From an uncultured Collinsella sp. (lineage in GTDB: Bacteria; Actinomycetota; Coriobacteriia; Coriobacteriales; Coriobacteriaceae): 33,146 nt of DNA. The notes below the pieces were generated by a model. It searched no databases, was not told the origin of the DNA, and saw only the letters and a list, made by a program, of their open reading frames with translations. The stretch is from contig CABRFW010000001.1 of NCBI GenBank assembly GCA_902470265.1, positions 1-33,146 on the forward strand. Direction: 5' to 3'. Both the position numbers and the translations under genes were made by a program. Of this stretch, positions 19,598 through 26,955 are shown in pieces (the stretch's first letter is position 1; every line of letters starts with the position of its first letter).

Positions 19598-20554
19598 CTA
19601 CACCGTCCTGATGCGCGGGTTGATGAGCAGGTAGAGCATGTCAACCACGATGTTGATGATGATGAAGGCAAGAGCAACGACGATGACGACGCCCTGAACC
19701 AGGTTCGCCTCGTTGCCCTGAACGCCCTGCAGAATCGCGGTGCCCATGCCGGGGAGGTTGAAGATAACCTCGATGACGACGGCGCCGCCCATGAGGTAAC
19801 CGATCTTAAGACCGAGGGTGGTGACCGGGGTGATCAGCGCATTGCGAAGAACGTTGATGCCGACGACGACCTTCTCGGGAACGCCGGCGCCGCGAGCCAT
19901 ACGGACATAATCCTTGTCGAGCTCCTCGACCATGGCGGTACGCACGATACGAGTCATCTGGCCCGTCAGCGGAAATGCCAAGGCGATAGCGGGCATGATC
20001 ATACGTCCCAGATAGCCAACCGGATTCGTGGTGAAGTGAGGCAGAGCACCCGATGCCGGGAGCACCTTAAGGTAGGAAGAGAACAGCAGGATCAACAGAA
20101 CGGCAAGCCAGAACGACGGGGTTGCCAAGCCGGCGATGGAAAAGACGCGGATCACTTGGTCCGGCCATTTGTCGCGATACAGTGCCGCGATGACGCCGAG
20201 CAAAAACGAAACGACCGCACCGATAGCAAGACCGATAAAGGTCAGCTGCATCGTGACGGGCAGGGCCGTGGAGATGCGCTTGGCAACGGAGTTGCGAGCA
20301 GCACCATAGGTGCCCATGTCGCCATGGATCAGATCGCCCATATAGCGCACGTAGCGCACGGGCCAGGGGTCGTCCAGACCATACTTCTCATGGTACTCGG
20401 CAACCGCCTCGGGCGAGGCACCGTCACCCAACGCCGTGTAGGCGGGGTCGGTCTTGGAGAACGACATAAGGAAGAACACCAGGACGGTGACGCCCAATGC
20501 CATGATCGGCAGCGCCACAAGACGCCTTCCAATCAAACGTAGCAAGTTGTTCAC
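19598..20554 (-). CDS. ABC permease of the probable sialic acid transporter (NanC-like)
   Basis: DppB-type motifs DYVRMARGAG, IEVIFNLPGMG and NPRIR. GTG start at 20554 after AAAGGGGAG. Confidence 0.9.
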   Translation of the reverse strand: MNNLLRLIGRRLVALPIMALGVTVLVFFLMSFSKTDPAYTALGDGASPEAVAEYHEKYGLDDPWPVRYVRYMGDLIHGDMGTYGAARNSVAKRISTALPVTMQLTFIGLAIGAVVSFLLGVIAALYRDKWPDQVIRVFSIAGLATPSFWLAVLLILLFSSYLKVLPASGALPHFTTNPVGYLGRMIMPAIALAFPLTGQMTRIVRTAMVEELDKDYVRMARGAGVPEKVVVGINVLRNALITPVTTLGLKIGYLMGGAVVIEVIFNLPGMGTAILQGVQGNEANLVQGVVIVVALAFIIINIVVDMLYLLINPRIRTV

Positions 20555-20613
20555 GTTCTCTCCCCTTTCTTTTGTCGGTAGGACCAACTGGTATATGAGT
20601 ACGGATACTCATT

Positions 20614-20652
20614 ACAAGACCCGAGCGACATCGTTGCCGCCCGGGTCTTTGT
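20614..20652 (-). terminator. Intercistronic stem-loop after the SBP gene (partial terminator or stabiliser)
   Basis: Minus strand AAGACCCGGGCG...CGCTCGGGTCTT; a second small hairpin ATGAGTA/TACTCAT lies at about 20595-20612. Confidence 0.6.
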
Positions 20653-20711
20653 TTCAACTATGAGGATACGGTCCCAACGACCGACATCCTGCATACAGAC
20701 TCAAGCGAGTC

Positions 20712-22325
20712 TTACGCCTTGACGGTCGCAACGCCCCTGAAGGACATGCTCGTCGTGCCGATGCCCTTGAAGCCATCGAGGGCCTCGCCGTTGGGTGCAG
20801 TGGACGGATCGTCCCAGGAAGCGGAGACGGTCTTGACGTGGACAACGGGGTACAGAACGGCGTTGTCGGCAATGATGTCGAAGCACTCGTTCCACTTCTT
20901 CTGCTGCTCGTCGCCCTCGGCGGCAAGAGCCTCGTCCATGAGGCCGTGGAGCTTCTGCCACTCAGCGGACTCCTTCCACGGGCAACGGGTCTGCATCCAG
21001 ACGTTGTCGCCGTACCACCAGTTGAGCAGCAGGTCGGGGTCGGCGCCGAAGCAGGAAGGATCGCCAGGGGCAAGGAGGATATCGTAGGCCTCGCCGCCGT
21101 CGATGGCAGCGTAAGTGGCCGGCGAGGTATCGGTCTGGATGGTCACATCGAAGCCGAGAGCGTCGAGGTCGTTCTTGACCTGGGCGGCCATGCCCTTAAT
21201 CTGCTCGTTGTCGGTGGTGCGCAGGGTGATGGCACCCGGGGTGATGCCAGACTCCTCGATGAGCTTCTTAGCCTTCTTGGCGTCGGTCTTGTACACCGTG
21301 GAAGCCTCATGATAGTTGGTGAAGCTCTTGGGCAGGTAGCAGCTGGCAGCGGTGGCAAGGCCGGCGAAGGTGTTGCTGACCATCTTCTCGGTGTCGAGCG
21401 CATACATGACAGCCTGACGGACCTTGACGTTGTTCCAAGGCTCCTTGGCGACGTTGAACATGATGAAGCGGGTGCCGAAACCCTGAACGTTATCGATCTT
21501 GCAGCCGGCGCTCTCGAGCTGGTCGACGGCGTCAGCGGTAACGAGCTCCATAACGAGCGTGGAGCCCTCCTGCTGAGCGGTAACGCGAGCGGTGGGGTCG
21601 GTCAGGATGCTGTACTGGATCTTCTTATCCTCGGCAGCATACTCACCGTTGTACTCGGGGTTGGGAACCAAGGTGATCTCGGTATCGGAGATAGAGTCGT
21701 ACATCCAGGGGCCGGAACCGATCGGCTGCTTGGCGCGATCCTCCTCGGTCTGGGTGGCCGGGGTAACGCGGACGATGGCCAGACGATCCTTGAGCAGGGA
21801 GAAGTTGGGGACCTTAGTCTTGACCGTCACGGTGCTGGCGTCCTTGGCCTCGATGGACTCGAAGGGCTGGAAGAACGGAGCATAGGTAGCGGAAGCGGCG
21901 CAAGCGGTGTAGGAGGCAACGACATCGTCAGCGGTGACCTCGGTGCCATCGGAGAACTTGGCGCCCTTGCGGATGGTGACCTCGAAAGTGGTGTCGTCCA
22001 CGGACTTGGGATCGTCGGTGGCGAGCTCGTTGAAGGTGCTGTAGTCGTGGTAATCGATGCCGTAGAGACCCTCGACGACGTGCCAGTTAGCACCCAGGCC
22101 CACAGCGGAGCCGGTGCTGGCGGGATCGAAGCTGGACGGAGCGTAAGCGGAACCAGCGGTGATCACGCCGCCGCCACGGTTGGCGGAATCGGTGGAACCG
22201 GAAGCGGAACCCTCGTCGCTAGAGCTGCCACCGCAGCCGGTGAGACCAAGCCCTGCGACAGCAGCGACGCTGCCGGTGAGGCCGAGGAACGAACGCCTGG
22301 ACATACCCTTGTTGATGATGGCCAT
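20712..22325 (-). CDS. Family-5 substrate-binding lipoprotein, probable sialic acid-binding (NanB-like), with Tat signal
   Basis: SRRSFL twin-arginine motif, LTGC lipobox, AKFSDG and PIGSGPW. ATG 22325 after AGGAGA; first gene of the nan cluster. Confidence 0.88.
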   Translation of the reverse strand: MAIINKGMSRRSFLGLTGSVAAVAGLGLTGCGGSSSDEGSASGSTDSANRGGGVITAGSAYAPSSFDPASTGSAVGLGANWHVVEGLYGIDYHDYSTFNELATDDPKSVDDTTFEVTIRKGAKFSDGTEVTADDVVASYTACAASATYAPFFQPFESIEAKDASTVTVKTKVPNFSLLKDRLAIVRVTPATQTEEDRAKQPIGSGPWMYDSISDTEITLVPNPEYNGEYAAEDKKIQYSILTDPTARVTAQQEGSTLVMELVTADAVDQLESAGCKIDNVQGFGTRFIMFNVAKEPWNNVKVRQAVMYALDTEKMVSNTFAGLATAASCYLPKSFTNYHEASTVYKTDAKKAKKLIEESGITPGAITLRTTDNEQIKGMAAQVKNDLDALGFDVTIQTDTSPATYAAIDGGEAYDILLAPGDPSCFGADPDLLLNWWYGDNVWMQTRCPWKESAEWQKLHGLMDEALAAEGDEQQKKWNECFDIIADNAVLYPVVHVKTVSASWDDPSTAPNGEALDGFKGIGTTSMSFRGVATVKA

Positions 22326-22443
22326 GTCTTCTCCTATCAATAGAGAATCTTACTCGGGAGCACCTAGACTTGCCCCCGCGCAACTTGCGGACGATATATA
22401 CCTTACCTACCGACGAACCCAACTGAGGTGCCGCGCTCGGCGA

Positions 22444-22526
22444 CCGATACATACATACGCTTGAACGGTATTTACTACCGTTCACCGAATTCGTTGACAA
22501 ACGATTCGCCAGACAGTATGTATCGG
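22444..22526 (-). promoter_or_regulatory. Three-stem inverted-repeat element upstream of the nan cluster (candidate structured leader RNA or operator array)
   Basis: An outer perfect 11-bp repeat encloses one perfect 9-bp hairpin and one 9-bp hairpin with a single bulge. Confidence 0.5.
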
Positions 22527-22557
22527 CGAGGTGAGATATCAGTCTTCGTCAACCCGC

Positions 22558-22599
22558 AGGATAGCAGGGTTTTCGCTTGGGTTAGTCAAACGTTTTAGC
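22558..22599 (-). promoter_or_regulatory. Putative nan promoter (extended -10) with an overlapping LacI-type site
   Basis: TG-C-TATCCT at 22566-22558. TTGACT lies 20 nt upstream (long spacer) and is overlapped by GCTAAAACGTTTGAC. Confidence 0.4.
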
Positions 22600-22689
22600 G
22601 TTAATAAAACCCGAAACCAGCAGGCAATCATGGCGAAATAAATGGTTGAAAATCGCGCAATCATGTATATCAGTTGTTTAGGCTCGTGT

Positions 22690-24636
22690 TTAGCTATCGG
22701 AATGGCCAGCTGCCGCCTCGGCGCGCTCGGCATTCCATGCAACGAGCGCCTCGTGGACCGCCTTGGCAACATCGGCAGGTATGCCGCGAACTTCCGCGAT
22801 CTCTTGCTCGCTCGCCGCGCGCAAACGCTTCATCGAGCCAAAATGGCGCATAAGGGCACGTTTTCTGGTGGGTCCCACGCCCGGAACGTCATCGAGTACC
22901 GAAACCGTCATGGCCTTGTCGCGCAACTCGCGGTGGAACGTGATGGCAAATCGGTGGGACTCATCGCGTACCTGTTTAATTAGATAGAGCGACGCGGACC
23001 CGGTCGGCAGCACGACGGGAGTCTCGTCCCAAGGCACAAAAACTTCCTCATCGGCCTTTGCCAAGCCACAAACTGGTATATCGAGCCCAAGAGCTTCAAG
23101 TTGCTTGATCGCAGCGGTCAATTGCGGCTTACCGCCATCGACAACGAGCAAATCGGGGCGCGAGCCAAAGCGCTCGTCGGCCATGCGCTCGGGAGCATAG
23201 CGTCGTCCCAAAACCTCGGACATCGACACGAAGTCGTTTGCCTCGTCCAATTCGGCCTGAATTTTAAAACGACGGTACTGGCTCTTGTCTGCGCGCCCGT
23301 TGGTAAACACCACCATCGAGGCGACGGTAAAGGTTCCGTGCAGCGTCGAGATATCGAAGCACTCGATACGCATCGGCGGCGCCGGCAGCGCCAGCGCGCT
23401 TTCGAGCTCCAGGAGCGCTTGATTGGTGCGGTCGTCAGCGTACCCCGTTCGCATCATGTAGCGCATGAGGGCATGGCGCGCATTTTTGGATGCCATATCG
23501 AGCAAACGGTGCTTTTCGCCACGCTGCGGCCTATGGAGATGGCAGGAACGCTCGCGCTTGCCTGCAAGCCACTCCCCCAGCGCCTCCGCATCCTCAAGCT
23601 CGACAGAGAGGTTTATCTCAGCTGGAATATCAGCCGTCTCGTCGTAATAGCGCTTAAGAAAGCCCGATTGAAGTTCCTCTTCGTCGACATCCAAACCCTT
23701 ATCGAGAATAAACTCGCAGGTTCGAACCGTTCGACCCTCACGCACGACAAAGACGCAAGCGGCGGAGATGGTCTCCTCGCGATAGAAACCGATGACATCG
23801 ATATCGACACTGGAGGGAAAAACGACTTGCTGACGGTCGTCCAGACCCCTGATGACCTCCAAACGACGTTTGACGCGTGCCGCGCGCTCAAAGTCGAGCG
23901 CCTCGGCGGCATCCGTCATCTCGGAGGTCAGCTCATCGACGACATCCTTGCGATGGCCCGACAAAAAACGTTCGACACGTTTGACGTTCTTGGCATAGTC
24001 CGTAGGAGAAATCGCGCCGACACACGCACCCGGGCCGCGCCCGACATGGTAGTCAAAGCAGGGACGCCCGTTTTGCGCGCAAATCATATTGACAATGTCT
24101 TCCTCGCCCCTGTGGGACTCGACGATACGACGACAACGACGCCACTCCGCACAGGATGCGGAGCAGATGGGGATAACCTTGCGCAGCGTATCTATCGTCT
24201 CACGTGCCGCACGGCTATCGGTATAGGGTCCAAAATAGCGCGTTCCCGGCTTATGACGCTCACGCGTGTATTTGATCGCGGGATACAGGTCGCCCTTTGT
24301 AATGGCGATAAAGGGGTAGCTCTTGTCATCCTTGAGGTCGACGTTAAAGTACGGATGGTACTGGCCGATCAGGTTGCGCTCGAGTACAAGCGCCTCATGC
24401 TCGGTTTCGACAACGATGTAGTCAAAGCTCGCCACCAGCTGCATCATCAGCGGGATCTTTTGACGCTCATCCTGCAGCGTCACGTACTGGCGCATACGGG
24501 AACGCAGGTTTTTTGCCTTGCCAACGTAGATGACATCGCCCTTGGCATCTTTCCAAAGGTAACATCCGGGCTGCGTGGGAACGCGCGAAACCTGCTCGGC
24601 GAGTGTTGGAATGTTGTCGTGACCGGCCACACGCAC
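22690..24636 (-). CDS. uvrC: Excinuclease ABC subunit C
   Basis: GIY-YIG domain (PGCYLW...IYVGKAKNLR), IECFDIS, VDGGKPQ, RDESHRFA and HhH VPGVGP. GTG start at 24636 or 24630. Confidence 0.96.
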   Translation of the reverse strand: MRVAGHDNIPTLAEQVSRVPTQPGCYLWKDAKGDVIYVGKAKNLRSRMRQYVTLQDERQKIPLMMQLVASFDYIVVETEHEALVLERNLIGQYHPYFNVDLKDDKSYPFIAITKGDLYPAIKYTRERHKPGTRYFGPYTDSRAARETIDTLRKVIPICSASCAEWRRCRRIVESHRGEEDIVNMICAQNGRPCFDYHVGRGPGACVGAISPTDYAKNVKRVERFLSGHRKDVVDELTSEMTDAAEALDFERAARVKRRLEVIRGLDDRQQVVFPSSVDIDVIGFYREETISAACVFVVREGRTVRTCEFILDKGLDVDEEELQSGFLKRYYDETADIPAEINLSVELEDAEALGEWLAGKRERSCHLHRPQRGEKHRLLDMASKNARHALMRYMMRTGYADDRTNQALLELESALALPAPPMRIECFDISTLHGTFTVASMVVFTNGRADKSQYRRFKIQAELDEANDFVSMSEVLGRRYAPERMADERFGSRPDLLVVDGGKPQLTAAIKQLEALGLDIPVCGLAKADEEVFVPWDETPVVLPTGSASLYLIKQVRDESHRFAITFHRELRDKAMTVSVLDDVPGVGPTRKRALMRHFGSMKRLRAASEQEIAEVRGIPADVAKAVHEALVAWNAERAEAAAGHSDS

Positions 24637-26319
24637 CTACTTGCGACGAAGCAGCGCCGAGACCTCGGGCATCTTAAGGACGACGGCAAGGCCAAAGGTA
24701 ACAGCAAGCGAGACGACACCCGCAACGCAAACGTAGCCAAGAGTAATCAGAATCGAGCCGCCAAGTGCCCCGACAAAGTGCTCAAGCGCCCACATGACGC
24801 CGGCGCCTGCGGCAGCACCCAGGCCACCGAGCAAAAGGCCAAAGAAACCGCCATGCAGGATAGATTTGACCTGAAGGCCACGCAGACGACGACGCAGCCA
24901 CCATAGCGAACATCCGACCAAGATCACGTAGTCGACGACATACGAAAGCGCGATTGCCGGCATACCGAAGCCCAGCACAACGCCAAACAGCAGAACCGAG
25001 CCGGCCTGGCCGATGGCGGAATACAGGCAATAGCGGCTATAGGGCTTCATGTCGAGCAAGGCAGAGAAGCTCTTCTGCATCAACACGACCACGCCGTAGA
25101 GCGGCAGCGAGAACGCCAGGTAGACAAGGAACTCGGACACCAGCGCCACGCCGGACTCATCAAACTTGCCGGCACAGTAAATCATGTTGAGCGGACGCGC
25201 GAAGACAATCAGGTACAGCGCGAACGGAATCAGGAAGAACAGCATCTGGGCGACGCCACGCGAAATGCCCGTGCGAACGCTGTCGTAATCCTTCTCCTGT
25301 GCGTCGTGAGAGAGCTCGGTATAGAGCGCCGTCGAAAGCGAGGCGGCAATCAGCGCGTAGGGCAGCGTGTACCACAGGCGCGCATAGGCGATGACGGAAG
25401 GGCCAGTCTCGGGCTGGACCACCAGCGCGGCAGCGTTGGTGATAGAAGTCGAGACAAACATGCACACCGTGGCGAGCAGCGTCGGGATACCGAGCGCAAT
25501 CGTCTGACGCAGCGCGGGGTCCTTAAAGTCGATATGGATATGGGGATGCACGCCGTGCTTGCCAAGCGCGGGGATCTGACATGCCATCTGAACAAAGACA
25601 CCGAGGGTCGTACCGGCCGCAATCAAGATGATGCCGGCACGTTCGCCAAACTGTGCGGACACGGGCGCAAAACCCATAAAGCTCGCAATGACGATCACAT
25701 TGTTGAGGACCGGGGCAAACGTCGACCAGAAGTAGTCGCGGTGTGCGTTGAGAACGCCCGAGAACACCGAGCCCAAACCATAAAACAGAATCTGGATGGC
25801 AAAGAAACGGAACATGAACGCAGCGGTATCCATGCTGCCGCCGTCACCCGAAAGGAACGATTGCGTCCAGATAAAGCCCGGGGCGAACACGGTCCCCAGC
25901 AACGAAATGCCACCCAGCACCAAAAGCAGAATGCCGAGCAGGTTGCCCACGTACTCGTTCGAGGCCTCGCGACCCTGCTCACGCCTCACGCCCATGTACA
26001 CGGGCAAAAACGCCGTCACGAGCATGCCGCCCATCACGAGTTCGTAGAGCATATTGGGCAGGTTGTTGGCGACCTGATAGGAGGACGAAAGTAGCGACAT
26101 GCCGATAGCGGCCGCCATTGCCCACGTGCGGATAAAACCGGTGACGCGAGACACAATGGTCAGGATGGTCATAAGCCCGGCGGAACGACCAACCGTGGAG
26201 TAGTCCGACGAGCCCATGTCGTCAGTGTCATCTCGCGACGAAGAAGCTTCGGATGAGGGTGTCTGAGGCGCAGATTCTCTTGCAAAATGAGCTCCGCGCT
26301 TCAATTCTTCCTGCGGCAT
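24637..26319 (-). CDS. murJ: Lipid II flippase MurJ (MviN family)
   Basis: SRVTGFIR and ANNLPNMLYEL motifs, with many TM helices typical of MOP flippases. Confidence 0.88.
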   Translation of the reverse strand: MPQEELKRGAHFARESAPQTPSSEASSSRDDTDDMGSSDYSTVGRSAGLMTILTIVSRVTGFIRTWAMAAAIGMSLLSSSYQVANNLPNMLYELVMGGMLVTAFLPVYMGVRREQGREASNEYVGNLLGILLLVLGGISLLGTVFAPGFIWTQSFLSGDGGSMDTAAFMFRFFAIQILFYGLGSVFSGVLNAHRDYFWSTFAPVLNNVIVIASFMGFAPVSAQFGERAGIILIAAGTTLGVFVQMACQIPALGKHGVHPHIHIDFKDPALRQTIALGIPTLLATVCMFVSTSITNAAALVVQPETGPSVIAYARLWYTLPYALIAASLSTALYTELSHDAQEKDYDSVRTGISRGVAQMLFFLIPFALYLIVFARPLNMIYCAGKFDESGVALVSEFLVYLAFSLPLYGVVVLMQKSFSALLDMKPYSRYCLYSAIGQAGSVLLFGVVLGFGMPAIALSYVVDYVILVGCSLWWLRRRLRGLQVKSILHGGFFGLLLGGLGAAAGAGVMWALEHFVGALGGSILITLGYVCVAGVVSLAVTFGLAVVLKMPEVSALLRRK

Positions 26320-26322
26320 CGC

Positions 26323-26823
26323 TCAGTCCTCTCTCGTAATCGCGGCAACCGTCGCCCCGCAAAATGCAATTAAATCATCGGGTGCAAGCTCGAGCTGATA
26401 ACCACGCTTGCCTCCCGAAATAAAAATGGTATCCCAAAGGACACATGTCTCATCAATGAGCGTCCGGTAGCGTTTTTTCATACCGACCGGGCTGCAGCCG
26501 CCGCGAACGTAGCCAGTCGCCGCAAGCAAATCCTTCACATGCATCATGGCCAAGGACTTCTCCCCCGCGGCACGCGCGGCGGACTTTAGATCGAGCTCGT
26601 CGGCAACAGGGATACAGCACACGACATAGTCGTTGGACGGTGTCACGCAGACCAAAGTCTTAAATCCTTGACCGGGCTCCTCGCCAAGCTGCTCCGAAAT
26701 CGCGACACCCAGACCCACCGACTCATCACCATCGTCTTCGTACGTATGTAGAACATAGGAAATGCCGGCGCTTTCCAGCTCGCGCATCGCATTGGTTTTT
26801 GGCGTCTTTACAGCCTTTGCCAT
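26323..26823 (-). CDS. ybaK: Cys-tRNA(Pro) deacylase YbaK
   Basis: KTNAMREL, FKTLV, TGYVRGGCSPVGMK and ISGGKRG motifs. Start at ATG 26823 after GAAAGGA. Confidence 0.92.
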   Translation of the reverse strand: MAKAVKTPKTNAMRELESAGISYVLHTYEDDGDESVGLGVAISEQLGEEPGQGFKTLVCVTPSNDYVVCCIPVADELDLKSAARAAGEKSLAMMHVKDLLAATGYVRGGCSPVGMKKRYRTLIDETCVLWDTIFISGGKRGYQLELAPDDLIAFCGATVAAITRED

Positions 26824-26904
26824 GACATATCCTTTCCCTCGCATTCGGACGCAAAGATTAAGTATATGTCCAATTCGGCTGCATACGTCACTTCGGCACA
26901 GCAA

Positions 26905-26935
26905 GCGCCATCGAATCACAAGGAGTCGATGGCGC
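26905..26935 (-). terminator. Hairpin downstream of uvrA
   Basis: Perfect 10-bp stem GCGCCATCGA/TCGATGGCGC 20 nt after the uvrA stop; weak U-tail. Confidence 0.55.
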
Positions 26936-26955
26936 CCATAAACTGAATCGCCTAT

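Noticed and set aside
16529..20542. 1337-aa plus-strand ORF
   Set aside because: Antisense shadow of three in-frame, GC3-rich transporter genes; no recognisable domain or RBS.
22494..22641. Possible divergent gene or nanR remnant downstream of plus-strand TTGACA-N17-TATGTA and GAGGTG
   Set aside because: The short frames I translated show no HTH or GntR similarity, so no pseudogene is called.
11845..22689. nan cluster as an active mobile element
   Set aside because: No integrase, transposase, tRNA target, terminal repeats or target-site duplication seen; the core nan genes have host-like codon usage.
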